A program made the position numbers and the translations under genes. From Candidatus Methanomethylophilaceae archaeon (lineage in GTDB: Archaea > Thermoplasmatota > Thermoplasmata > Methanomassiliicoccales > Methanomethylophilaceae): 64,000 nucleotides of DNA. The stretch is from NCBI GenBank assembly GCA_050944155.1, contig JBMNQN010000002.1, forward strand, positions 1 through 64,000, read 5' to 3'. Below, piece by piece: positions 19,756 to 29,390 of the stretch (positions within the stretch are counted from its first letter, which is position 1; each line of letters opens with the position of its first letter). The notes beneath the pieces were generated by a model, which saw only the letters and a program-made list of their open reading frames with translations, was not told where the DNA came from and did no database searches.

Positions 19756-19757
19756 AA

Positions 19758-20477
19758 TCACTCATCCCTCTCTTCGTCTTCTTCTTTCCCCGGGATTTCT
19801 TTTTCCAAAAATTTCTTGACCCTCTCGGTCAGGTTCGACGCCTGCGCTTCCGCGTTTATCATCTCTATCGCTTTCGTCGCGGCGTCCATGTTTTCGTTTT
19901 CTCCGTCAATCCAGATGACTCCGTTCTGCCCCATTATTATACGGCAGTCCGTCAGATTTTTGATCATCTGAATCATCGATCCGCTCTTTCCGATGACTCT
20001 GGAAACTTTGGTATGGGAGATCTTGATGATTCTTCCCCCTTCCAGTTTTCTCAGTCCCGATTCCTTCATGGTGACGGATATTTTGTTGCTTTCGTCCACC
20101 ATGAGAACCTTCAGAATAACGGCGTCTCCAATGTTCAGATACTTGGAAGTGTCTCCGAAGGCGACTTTCCACGGGACTTCGCTGACGTGCAGAGGCGCGG
20201 GATACGGGGCCTCTATGTCAATCATCCAGTTGGATCCTCCGGTGTCTTCCACCACTCCGATGACCGTGTCGCCGGTCGCAGGCATGTAGCGTCCGCCGAG
20301 AGGTATGACGCTTACGGTGTTCTGTCTTACGTTCGTAACTCCGAGTATGCCCGAGCGGATTTCTCCGTTGAGCAGGTATGTGTTCTCTCCCGCTTTCAGT
20401 CCGGCGCCGTCCAATACTTCTCCGGGGACGACGACTTTGCGGGGACTTCTTTCGTTCTTTCTTTCCACGTTTATCAC
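19758..20477 (-). CDS. rrp4: Exosome RNA-binding subunit Rrp4
   Basis: VVPGE, S1 domain, KH domain RVIGKSGSM...GQNG.IW. Confidence 0.95.
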   Translation of the reverse strand: MINVERKNERSPRKVVVPGEVLDGAGLKAGENTYLLNGEIRSGILGVTNVRQNTVSVIPLGGRYMPATGDTVIGVVEDTGGSNWMIDIEAPYPAPLHVSEVPWKVAFGDTSKYLNIGDAVILKVLMVDESNKISVTMKESGLRKLEGGRIIKISHTKVSRVIGKSGSMIQMIKNLTDCRIIMGQNGVIWIDGENENMDAATKAIEMINAEAQASNLTERVKKFLEKEIPGKEEDEERDE

Positions 20478-20486
20478 ATCATGAAT

Positions 20487-21182
20487 TCAATTCAGCACCT
20501 TTACCGATGCCGTTCCTTTTGTTTTGTTCTTCAGGCGTTCCGCCAGTTCGACGGTGAGCCCGGCGGGCACTTCTATGATTCCCATCCACGAACCGTCGCT
20601 GCCCCATTCTTCCCTTTCCACTTTGCCGCAGTGCATTATTTCCTCGTAGCAGCGGCTGTAGTCCGTACCGTGCAGTTTTACCGCAACTTTGCTCTTCTCG
20701 AACCTTATGGGAATCAGAGGACGGAGAAGTTTCATCGCCTCGTCTATCTCCTGATCCATGGATTTGAACAGGTTCGGGCGGAATTTTGCCTCTTCCAGAG
20801 CGAGTTCGATTCTCTGGTACGGGTGGGGGAGTTTGGTCTGCGGGTTGACGGCGTTGGCGGAGATGTAGGTGATTATGCGTCTCCTTTTCGCTTCCAGCAT
20901 TTCCTTTTTCTGTTCGGAAGTTATCTGAACCTCCCCTTTTTCGATAATCCGTTTCGCAACGGTTATCGGGTCGGTGGTGCCGAAAGCCTCTTTCAGTTTT
21001 TCTTCGGTGGGACGGGTTCCCTTTCCCGCGTTGCTGAACACGTCCTCGACGGCAAGAAATTCGGAAAGGTCAACCTCTTTGCCCTGCTTTATCAGATCGA
21101 TGGCCGCAGGGTCCAGCAGCACTTCGAACGTTGCGCCGTGACTGTCCAGTCGCGCGATTATCGCATCGTCCAGGTTGACCAT
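20487..21182 (-). CDS. Ribosome maturation factor SBDS/Sdo1
   Basis: IARL..HG..FEVL, KGEVQIT..Q, NPQTKLPHP. Confidence 0.95.
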   Translation of the reverse strand: MVNLDDAIIARLDSHGATFEVLLDPAAIDLIKQGKEVDLSEFLAVEDVFSNAGKGTRPTEEKLKEAFGTTDPITVAKRIIEKGEVQITSEQKKEMLEAKRRRIITYISANAVNPQTKLPHPYQRIELALEEAKFRPNLFKSMDQEIDEAMKLLRPLIPIRFEKSKVAVKLHGTDYSRCYEEIMHCGKVEREEWGSDGSWMGIIEVPAGLTVELAERLKNKTKGTASVKVLN

Positions 21183-21188
21183 TCCCGC

Positions 21189-21896
21189 TCACTCTTTCAG
21201 AAGATCGGAAATCTCTTCGGTCGAGAGTCTGCGGAACTTTTTGCCGGTTTCCACCACAGCGATTTCGACGTTTTCCGGAACGGGTTTTTCTTCCAGGGCG
21301 CTTTCCAGAGCTTTGAGTCCCAGTTTCAGGGCTTCGCCGCAGTCAAGGCCGTCTTCGTACTCCTTTTCGAAGATGTCCATGACCGCCGAGCGTCCGGATC
21401 CTATGCAGGTCGCCTTGTACGAAACGAGAGCTCCCGAGGGGTCGGTTTCGAACAGGTGGCGTCCGGTGTCGTCGATTCCCGCTATGAGCAGAGCCGTTCC
21501 GAAGGGGCGGACTCCGCCGTATTGAGTGTAATTCTGTTTGAAGTCGCAGATTTTCTTTACGAGCATCTCCACGGCCACGTTTTCGTCGTAGGTGATTCTG
21601 TGGATCTGCGCGTTCTTTCTGGCTTCGTCGACGAGTATTCTCGCGTCGGCGACCAGTCCCGAAGTGGCGCATCCTATGTGCTCGTCTATGTCGTAAATTT
21701 TTTCAATCGATTCGGGTTCCACGAGTTTGCTGGATACCTTCTTGTCAACGATGAGGGCCACTCCGTCTTTGTACTTCAGTCCGACGGTCGTAGTCCCTTT
21801 TTTTACGGCTTCGCGGGCATATTCGACCTGAAAAAGTCTTCCGTCCGGAGAGAAAACCGTAATGCCTCTGTCATAAGCCATCTGTCCCGGTTGCAT
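21189..21896 (-). CDS. psmA: 20S proteasome alpha subunit
   Basis: YDRGITVFSPDGRLFQVEYA signature; AGGAG RBS before the ATG at 21896. Confidence 0.97.
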   Translation of the reverse strand: MQPGQMAYDRGITVFSPDGRLFQVEYAREAVKKGTTTVGLKYKDGVALIVDKKVSSKLVEPESIEKIYDIDEHIGCATSGLVADARILVDEARKNAQIHRITYDENVAVEMLVKKICDFKQNYTQYGGVRPFGTALLIAGIDDTGRHLFETDPSGALVSYKATCIGSGRSAVMDIFEKEYEDGLDCGEALKLGLKALESALEEKPVPENVEIAVVETGKKFRRLSTEEISDLLKE

Positions 21897-21948
21897 ATCA
21901 TATCTCCTTTGTGTTCGCGGATACACGGGCGGTTTGGTATATATTACT

Positions 21949-22248
21949 TTACGGCCCGCCGGGCGGAGCCGGAGGCTTCCTGCGGAGTGCTCCGTAACGG
22001 TCTCTCAGGCTCTTCAGGGTGCCGGATGTTCTGAGGGATACCGAACCGGGAATCTTTTCCGTAACGGCCTTTATCACACCCTCCGTTTTCTCGGGGGAAG
22101 TGCGCACGACGGCCATTCCGTCTTTCACCGTGATTACTTTCGAATTCCGGTCCGCCGCACGGGCCGCAGCCGCAACACCGTTCCGGGAAGCGTTTACACC
22201 GTCGAAAACAATGTATCTGCGTCTTCCGCGGACGCTTTTGACCGTCAT
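21949..22248 (-). CDS. RNase P protein Pop5/Rpp14 family
   Basis: RGRRRYIVF...SLRTSGTLKSL; conserved position upstream of psmA. Confidence 0.85.
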   Translation of the reverse strand: MTVKSVRGRRRYIVFDGVNASRNGVAAAARAADRNSKVITVKDGMAVVRTSPEKTEGVIKAVTEKIPGSVSLRTSGTLKSLRDRYGALRRKPPAPPGGP

Positions 22249-22781
22249 CTCGATTCCGTCTCCTTCCGTGATGTTTTTCTTTTTCCGTCCGGACACATTC
22301 TGACCTTTTCGTACAGTGCGCCGCATTTTCCGCAGAGCGGTCTTCCGCAGTCGACCTTGCCGCCGCAGGAACATTCGAAGGTTCCGTCTCTGTGCGGAAA
22401 CACCGCTCCGCACGCACAGACGCTTGTTTTGAGGAAGCGTCCGCACACGGGGCAGCGGGCTCTGACGGGCTCTCTCGACACCATGTCCCCGTAGCTTCCG
22501 CCGCAGTAGGGGCACTGCTCCGTAGGTGAGGCGCAGGCGTCGTGGAATATCTTTCCGCAACCGCATTCGGCTACGGATTCGACTCCGATTTTTCCGAAAC
22601 AGATCTCACATCTTTTTTCGGAATCGGAATCGTCCAGAAAATAAGTAGCAATTCCGCCGTTGCGGCGTCGGGTTTCGGATTCTTTCCTTGCCGCATCAAG
22701 CTTCAGCAGGAAGTAGATGGATGTGGATACAGCCATCATGGAAAGAAGACCCAGTATCAACACTCCGTCCGCAGCGTCCAT
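22245..22781 (-). CDS. Membrane-anchored Cys-rich protein with RING-like domain and further zinc ribbons
   Basis: N-terminal TM helix; CEIC-x11-CGC-x4-H-x2-C-x6-CPYC, then CPVC/CAC/CSC/CGKC. Confidence 0.7.
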   Translation of the reverse strand: MDAADGVLILGLLSMMAVSTSIYFLLKLDAARKESETRRRNGGIATYFLDDSDSEKRCEICFGKIGVESVAECGCGKIFHDACASPTEQCPYCGGSYGDMVSREPVRARCPVCGRFLKTSVCACGAVFPHRDGTFECSCGGKVDCGRPLCGKCGALYEKVRMCPDGKRKTSRKETESR

Positions 22782-23124
22782 CGGACTGGTTAATAAGCGT
22801 TTTGTAATTTAAAGCAAACGGACGCAAAGGCGGGAACCGATTGGCCGGTGTATAAAAAATTTAAGATCTTATCTGCATTCTTACAATATTTTTGGTAGTA
22901 TTATCTCAAAGATTAATACATAAAAACGGCCATATTCCTGGACACTGGCACATTGGGATTTTTCATCGACAACTATAGTGTACGGAGAGAAATTGTTCTT
23001 TGATAGAAAATATTAGAATGTATAGGGTCTCTGTATTTAAATTGATTACGTAGAAGGGTTAATAATACCTGATATTCTATTCGCAGACGTTCCAAACACT
23101 TTTAGGAAAAACGGAGGCAAAGAT
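22782..23124. promoter_or_regulatory. AT-rich divergent promoter region for hdrA-mvhDGA and the RING-Pop5-psmA operon
   Basis: Several TATA-like boxes (TTTAAA, TTAATAATA); GGAGG RBS before the hdrA TTG. Confidence 0.6.
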
Positions 23125-26100
23125 TTGAGCAAATCAGCATTGGTGATTGGCGGAGGAATCGCAGGTATACAGGCCTCGTTGGACCTTGCGGACAGGGGCA
23201 TACACGTCTACCTGGTGGAGAAAGATCCCACCATAGGCGGAAAGATGGCCCGTCTCGACAAGACGTTCCCGACGAACGACTGTTCGGCATGTATTCTCTC
23301 CCCTAAAATGGCAGACTGTGCAGGCCACCCGAACATTTCGATGCTCACTTACCATGAGGTAATGAAAGTCGAAGGAGAGGCCGGCGACTTCAAGGTAACC
23401 GTCAAAAAGAAGCCCAGGTACGTCAACCCCGACGAATGTACCGGCTGCGGAGACTGTATAGCTAAATGTCCCGTCAAAAACGTTCCCGACGAGTACGAAT
23501 TCGGACTCGCCAACAGGAAAGCGATATACATCCCCCACGCACAGGCCGTGCCCAGGGTTGCACTCATCGACGGCGACAACTGCAGGATGATCCAGAAAGG
23601 CAAGTGCGGTCTCTGCGAGAAAACCTGTCAGAAGGGAGCTATCCACTACGACGACAAGGAAGAAGAAATTGTTCTCGACGTGGGTTCCGTCGTTGCGGCT
23701 ACCGGATTCCAGCTGTGGGACGCTAAGATTGCGACCGAGTACGGATACGGAAGAATACAGAACGTAGTTACCGCAATGGAATTCGAGAGAATGATGTGCG
23801 CGTCCGGCTGCAGCAGCGGACACATCGAATGCCCCTCTTCCGGCCAGGAGCCCAAGAGAGTCGCGTTCGTTCAGTGCTGCGGTTCCAGGTCCGAGAAAGA
23901 CGGATGGAAGAAGTACTGCTCTTCCGTGTGCTGCATGTACGCCACGAAAGAAGCGATGCTCACCAAGGAACACATCGCCGACGTGGACATAGACATATTC
24001 TTCATGGATATCAGGTCTTACGGAAAAGAGTTCGAAGACTACATACACAGAGCCGAAGACCAGTACGAGATCGGCATGATTAGGGGAGCCCGTGTTTCCA
24101 ACATCGAGGAAGACCCCGTAACCAAACAGGTTCTCATCAACTACACCGACGACGAGAACAACGGAAGGACCGAAGTTTACGACATGGCCGTTCTTTCCGT
24201 GGGGCTCACTCCTCCCGAGGGAGCCAAGGAGTTCGCCGACATCTTGGGAATCGAACTCAACGAGTACGGATTCTGCAAGACCGGAATATACACTCCTCTT
24301 GAGACCACCAGAGAAGGTGTCTTCGTAACCGGTGCCTTTGCGGCCCCCAAGGACATCCCCACTTCCGTCGCGGAAGCCAGCGGTGCGTCCGCCAAGGCGG
24401 AGAAATACATCGTTGACGAAAACTTCAAGGCGTGCGCGCCCAAGAAGTACCCTGCCGAGAAGGACGTTTCCGGACAGGAGCCCCGCATAGGAGTATGGGT
24501 CTGCCACTGCGGATCCAACATCGCAGGCACCGTCGACGTTGAAGCGGTTGCCAAATACGCCGAAAAACTCCCCGGAGTGGTTTACTCCACGGATGTTAAG
24601 TACGCATGTGCACAGGATGCCCTCAAGCAGATTTCCGAGGCTATCAAAGAGAAGGACCTCAACAGAGTGGTCGTTGCTTCGTGCACGCCCAGAACTCACG
24701 AGCCCCTCTTCAGGGAAGCCTGCCAGGACGGAGGACTCAACAAGTACCTCTTTAACATGGCCAACATACGCGACCAGTGCTCCTGGGTTCACATGCAGCA
24801 GCCCGAAGCGGCCACCAGAAAGTCCAAAGACCTTCTCAGAATGGCCGTCGCCAAAGCCGCTCTGCTCGAACCCCTTGTCGGTTCCGAAGTTCCGGTCAAC
24901 CAGACCGCCGCAGTCATAGGCGGAGGAATAACCGGCATGACCGCGGCAATCGATCTTGCCGCACAGGGATTCGACGTACACCTGGTCGAGAGGGAGAAAG
25001 AACTGGGAGGATTCGCACGCAACTTCAACCACAAGGAAGACGGAAAGTCCGTAACGGAATTCCTTGACGAAACCATCGCCAAGGTCAAGTCCTACAGCAA
25101 CATCAAGGTGCACACCGGCGTTTCCGTTAAGGACATCCCCGGATACGTGGGCAACTTCACCGTAAAGCTTTCCGACGGATCCGAGTTCGAAGCCGGAGCG
25201 GTTCTGCTCGCATTGGGAGCGTCCCAGTACAAGCCCACCGAGTTCAACTACGGCAAGGACCCCAAGGTCATGACCACTCTCGAAGCCGAGAAGAAAATCG
25301 CCGCCGGCGAATTCAAGGGCGAGAAGATTGCCTTCATCAGCTGCGTCGGATCCAGGTCCAAGGATGTGGCGTACTGCTCCCGCGTGTGCTGCACCGGAGC
25401 TCTGCGTAACGCCATCCAGATCAAGATGGCCAACCCCATGGCCGACGTCACCTACTTCCACAAGGACGTAAGGACGTACGGATTCCGCGAGGAACTTTAC
25501 AACAAAGCTTCCCAGCTGGGAATCAGATTCGTCAGATACCCGGTCAACAACGACCTTCCGTCCTATGACGGAAATGCCGTTACGGCTTTCGACGCAACCC
25601 TCGGAGAAGAAATAACCATCCCCGTGGACACCGTCGTTCTCGCCGCCGGAATGACTCCGGACCGCTCCGAGAAGGAAGAAATCGCACAGATGGTCAAGGT
25701 CCCCCTGAGCAAGGACGGCTTCTACTTCGAAGCCCACCAGAAACTCAGACCCGTGGACTTCGCCACCGAAGGAGTTTTCGTTGCGGGAACCGCCCACTGG
25801 CCCAAGTTCATGGACGAGTGCATGGCACAGGCTTCCGGAGCCGCCTCCAGAATGGCCACGATCATATCCAAGACCAAGCGCGTGTCCGAAGGTATCGTCG
25901 CTTCGCCCAACCCCGCCAGATGCGACGGGTGCGGAGTCTGCGAAGGATGCTGTGACTTCAACGCGATAACAATCGTGGACTGCGGCAACGGAAAGATGAA
26001 GAGCAACGTCAACCCCGCCCTGTGCAAGGGATGCGGAAGCTGCGTTGCTTCCTGTCCCGCCGGAGCCATGGAGCAGGCCGGATTCAAGAACAACCAGATA

Positions 26101-26145
26101 TGCGCCGAAATCGACGCCTGTCTGAACCCCATAGGAGGAGAGTGA
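23125..26145 (+). CDS. hdrA: Heterodisulfide reductase subunit A, long two-module form (1006 aa)
   Basis: GGGIAG and GGGITG FAD motifs, LDKTFPT.DCSACI, CGSR...YCSSVCC, internal RIGVWVCHCG domain, CxxCxxCxxxC ferredoxins; TTG start. Confidence 0.95.
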   Translation: MSKSALVIGGGIAGIQASLDLADRGIHVYLVEKDPTIGGKMARLDKTFPTNDCSACILSPKMADCAGHPNISMLTYHEVMKVEGEAGDFKVTVKKKPRYVNPDECTGCGDCIAKCPVKNVPDEYEFGLANRKAIYIPHAQAVPRVALIDGDNCRMIQKGKCGLCEKTCQKGAIHYDDKEEEIVLDVGSVVAATGFQLWDAKIATEYGYGRIQNVVTAMEFERMMCASGCSSGHIECPSSGQEPKRVAFVQCCGSRSEKDGWKKYCSSVCCMYATKEAMLTKEHIADVDIDIFFMDIRSYGKEFEDYIHRAEDQYEIGMIRGARVSNIEEDPVTKQVLINYTDDENNGRTEVYDMAVLSVGLTPPEGAKEFADILGIELNEYGFCKTGIYTPLETTREGVFVTGAFAAPKDIPTSVAEASGASAKAEKYIVDENFKACAPKKYPAEKDVSGQEPRIGVWVCHCGSNIAGTVDVEAVAKYAEKLPGVVYSTDVKYACAQDALKQISEAIKEKDLNRVVVASCTPRTHEPLFREACQDGGLNKYLFNMANIRDQCSWVHMQQPEAATRKSKDLLRMAVAKAALLEPLVGSEVPVNQTAAVIGGGITGMTAAIDLAAQGFDVHLVEREKELGGFARNFNHKEDGKSVTEFLDETIAKVKSYSNIKVHTGVSVKDIPGYVGNFTVKLSDGSEFEAGAVLLALGASQYKPTEFNYGKDPKVMTTLEAEKKIAAGEFKGEKIAFISCVGSRSKDVAYCSRVCCTGALRNAIQIKMANPMADVTYFHKDVRTYGFREELYNKASQLGIRFVRYPVNNDLPSYDGNAVTAFDATLGEEITIPVDTVVLAAGMTPDRSEKEEIAQMVKVPLSKDGFYFEAHQKLRPVDFATEGVFVAGTAHWPKFMDECMAQASGAASRMATIISKTKRVSEGIVASPNPARCDGCGVCEGCCDFNAITIVDCGNGKMKSNVNPALCKGCGSCVASCPAGAMEQAGFKNNQICAEIDACLNPIGGE

Positions 26146-26150
26146 TTACG

Positions 26151-26597
26151 ATGGCCGAATACGAACCTAAGATCGTTGCGTTCTGCTGCAACTGGTGTTC
26201 GTACGCGGGCGCCGACGGAGCAGGCGTAGCCAGGCTCCAGATGCCCACGAACTTCCGCATCATAAGAACCATGTGTTCCGCCAGAATCGACCCCGAGTTC
26301 ATACTCAGGGCGTTCTCCAAAGGCGCCGACGGAGTGGTCATCCTGGGATGCCACCCCGCAGACTGCCACTACATAGGCGGAAACTACAGGGCGAGAAGAA
26401 GAATCGCGCTCCTCAGAATGGTTCTGGAACAGTACGGATTCGACCCCAGAAGGCTCAGGCTCGAATGGGTTTCCGCATCCGAAGGAGCGAAATTCCAGGC
26501 CACCATCACGGAATTCGTGAACACCATAAAAGAACTCGGACCTACTCCTCTGGTCGTAGCCAAAAACCCCAGAGAAGCGGTAAAGGAGGCTGAATAA
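26151..26597 (+). CDS. mvhD: F420-non-reducing hydrogenase [2Fe-2S] subunit D
   Basis: FCCNWCSYAGAD, MCSARID, GCHPADCHY, WVSASEG. Confidence 0.96.
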   Translation: MAEYEPKIVAFCCNWCSYAGADGAGVARLQMPTNFRIIRTMCSARIDPEFILRAFSKGADGVVILGCHPADCHYIGGNYRARRRIALLRMVLEQYGFDPRRLRLEWVSASEGAKFQATITEFVNTIKELGPTPLVVAKNPREAVKEAE

Positions 26598-26598
26598 A

Positions 26599-27837
26599 AT
26601 GGCATTAGACGGTCTTAAAAACTGGTGGGCCGACAGAAAGAAAAAGAAAGAAGAAGAGAAGGGAGCCAAGCCCGCCTGCGCGGACGACACCGCGGCGGCA
26701 AAGGCCCAGAAGAAAGAAGCTCCCGCAGTCGATGTCTGCGCCATGGACCCCGAACCCATAGGGCTCGAGGCCGCGGATCTCGGACCCCTTCTGCCCGGCG
26801 CCCCGCCCAACGGCAAAATAAACCTCGCGGTTTACTGGGCGGCAGCCTGCGGAGGATGCGACGTCTCGCTTCTCGACACTAACGAAAGAATCCTTACCAT
26901 AGGCGATATGGCCAACCTCGTGATGTGGCCCATAGCCATGGACGGCAAGGAAAAAGACATCGCGGCCATGGAAGACGGTTCCATAACCGTCGCCATAATC
27001 AACGGAGCCATAAGGAACTCCGAAAACGAACACATGGTGAAACTGCTCAGGCAGAAATCCCTCATCGTGGTTTCGTACGGAACCTGCGCGTGCTTCGGAG
27101 GAACCCCCGCGCTGGCGAATCTGGTCCCCGGAGGAAAGGACGAGATTCTCGACTACGTTTACAAGGAGACGAAATCCTCGGCCACCTTCCAGGAAGCGTA
27201 CCACAAGGACAGCCCGTCCGTTCCCAGAACTTCCACGGAAGTCCCCGAAGGAGAGCTCACCCTTCCGGTGCTCTACGACACCGTTTACGCGCTGGACCAG
27301 GTAATCGACGTGGATTACTACATCCCCGGATGCCCTCCCCTCCAGGAGTCCATATCCCACCTGCTCAAGGCGGTTGCCGACTTCGCCTACAACGGCGTCG
27401 CTCTGCCCCCCAAGGGAACGGTCGTGGGAATAACCTCCAAGACTCTGTGCGAGGAGTGCCCCAGGGAGAAGACGTTTGCGAGAATAACCGAAGTAAAAGA
27501 ACCCTATCAGGTGGACACCAACAACAACAAGTGTCTCATGGACCAGGGAATCCTCTGTCTCGGACCTTCCACAATGGGAGGATGCGGAGCCAGATGCACC
27601 AAGGCGGGACAGCCCTGCCGCGGATGCTACGGACCTTCGCCGGACGTTCAGGAACAGGGAGCCAGCATACTATCTGCGGTTGCGTCGCTGTTCCCGGTCA
27701 TCGACGAGGATCCCACCATGGGCGAAGACAAGGTTGAGGAAATCATGAGCCAGATCAAGGACCCGCTCGGGTACTTCTATGCGTTCACGATGTCCAAGTC
27801 CCTGATAAGAAACTCCGTCAGAGAAGGAGGTCAGTAA
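26599..27837 (+). CDS. mvhG: F420-non-reducing hydrogenase small subunit
   Basis: CGGC, GTCACFGG, PGCPP, C-terminal Cys clusters. Confidence 0.94.
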   Translation: MALDGLKNWWADRKKKKEEEKGAKPACADDTAAAKAQKKEAPAVDVCAMDPEPIGLEAADLGPLLPGAPPNGKINLAVYWAAACGGCDVSLLDTNERILTIGDMANLVMWPIAMDGKEKDIAAMEDGSITVAIINGAIRNSENEHMVKLLRQKSLIVVSYGTCACFGGTPALANLVPGGKDEILDYVYKETKSSATFQEAYHKDSPSVPRTSTEVPEGELTLPVLYDTVYALDQVIDVDYYIPGCPPLQESISHLLKAVADFAYNGVALPPKGTVVGITSKTLCEECPREKTFARITEVKEPYQVDTNNNKCLMDQGILCLGPSTMGGCGARCTKAGQPCRGCYGPSPDVQEQGASILSAVASLFPVIDEDPTMGEDKVEEIMSQIKDPLGYFYAFTMSKSLIRNSVREGGQ

Positions 27838-27838
27838 A

Positions 27839-29356
27839 ATGGACGGACCTATCATTTGGGATAAGAAACACAAGACCACAGAGAAGAGGATCACCGTGGA
27901 TCCCATTACCCGTCTCGAGGGTCACGGAAAAATCGAAATATTCCTCGACGACGACGGCAACGTAAAGAACGCCTACTGGCAGGTTCCGGAGCTGAGAGGC
28001 TTTGAGAGATTCTGCGTAGGAAGAAAGGTTACGGAACTGCCCCAGATTACCGCAAGACTCTGCGGTGTCTGCCCCGGCGCTCACCACATGGCTGCAAACA
28101 AAGCCGTGGACGGCTGCTACAACGCCAAACCCACCGAGGCTGCGTTCCACATAAGGGACACGTTCTACCACGCCCACTTCGTGCACAGCCACATAGCGCA
28201 CTTCTATGCGCTGGCTTCCGCGGACTTCGTCTGCGGTCCCGCTGCGCCCGTGGCGGAGAGGAACGTTCTCGGAGTCGTGGCCCGCGTGGGCCTCGACCTG
28301 GGAGGAGCGGTTCTCGCCACCCGTGCGAAAGCCCAGAAGATCCAGGCAATAATAGGCGGAAAGGCAACGCACCCGGTCATGGGAGTTCCCGGAGGAGTCT
28401 CCAAACTGATCAGCAAGGAAGAGCAGGCCGAAATTCAGTCCATGGCCAAAGACCTCGTGGAGTTCGGACAGACCTCCATACAGGTGTTCAAGGACATAGT
28501 TCTCGGCAACAAGGAGTACGTTGACATAATCGCCAACAAGGACCTCTACTACAACGAGACCTACCACATGGGAATTGTCAACGACAAGAACCAGCTGGAA
28601 TTCCACGACGGTCCGGTCAGAGTAGTCGATCAGGACAGGAAAGAGTACTGCAAGTACGACCCGTACGACTACCTCGACAACGTGGCCGAGGCCTCCGAGC
28701 CCTGGTCTTACGAGAAGTTCCCCTACCTGAAGAACGTCGGATACAAGGGAATGACTGCGGGACGCGACAGCGGATTCTACAGGGCCACGCCTCTGTCCAG
28801 AATCAACGTCGCGGACAGCATATCCACGCCTCTGGCCCAGAGCGAGTTCGAGTACTTCCACGAATTCTTCAAGGATCTGGGAGTCGAGGGCGCGGTCCAG
28901 TTCACCCTGGCCACCCACTGGGCGAGACTTATCGAGCTTCTCTACGCAGCCGAAAAGTGCTACCAGGACTCCATGGACGACAAGCTCACCGACCCGAACA
29001 TAAAGCAGTACGACCTCCAGCCCGGAGGACGCGGAGTGGGTATCGTAGAGGCTCCCAGAGGAACCCTGACCCACGACTACGTCTGCGACGAGGACGGAAT
29101 AGTTACCTCGTGCAACCTGGTTGTCGGAACGACCAACAACAACGGTCCGATTAACTGCGACGTTGCCAAGGTCGCCAAGACTCTGATAAAGAACTTCGAG
29201 GTATCCCCCGGTCTGCTGAACATGGTGGAGATGGCGTTCAGGGCATACGACCCCTGCAACTCCTGCGCTACCCACAGCCTCCCGGGACAGATGCCTCTGG
29301 TTGCAGAAGTCAGGTACGCGGACGGCGAACTGCTTCAGACCGTTAAACGGGACTGA
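27839..29356 (+). CDS. mvhA: F420-non-reducing [NiFe] hydrogenase large subunit (group 3c)
   Basis: TRLEGH, RLCGVC, DPCNSCATH plus cleavable C-terminal tail. Confidence 0.96.
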   Translation: MDGPIIWDKKHKTTEKRITVDPITRLEGHGKIEIFLDDDGNVKNAYWQVPELRGFERFCVGRKVTELPQITARLCGVCPGAHHMAANKAVDGCYNAKPTEAAFHIRDTFYHAHFVHSHIAHFYALASADFVCGPAAPVAERNVLGVVARVGLDLGGAVLATRAKAQKIQAIIGGKATHPVMGVPGGVSKLISKEEQAEIQSMAKDLVEFGQTSIQVFKDIVLGNKEYVDIIANKDLYYNETYHMGIVNDKNQLEFHDGPVRVVDQDRKEYCKYDPYDYLDNVAEASEPWSYEKFPYLKNVGYKGMTAGRDSGFYRATPLSRINVADSISTPLAQSEFEYFHEFFKDLGVEGAVQFTLATHWARLIELLYAAEKCYQDSMDDKLTDPNIKQYDLQPGGRGVGIVEAPRGTLTHDYVCDEDGIVTSCNLVVGTTNNNGPINCDVAKVAKTLIKNFEVSPGLLNMVEMAFRAYDPCNSCATHSLPGQMPLVAEVRYADGELLQTVKRD

Positions 29357-29366
29357 GCCGGAAACA

Positions 29367-29390
29367 GGAGGGAGAAATCCCTCCGTCTTT
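29367..29390. terminator. Hairpin between convergent mvhA and metallophosphoesterase genes
   Basis: GGAGGGA-GAAA-TCCCTCC followed by T-rich sequence. Confidence 0.6.

Noticed and set aside
23125-29356. Selenocysteine recoding in hdrA/mvh
   Set aside because: All four ORFs are uninterrupted and have Cys at the ligand positions; no in-frame TGA
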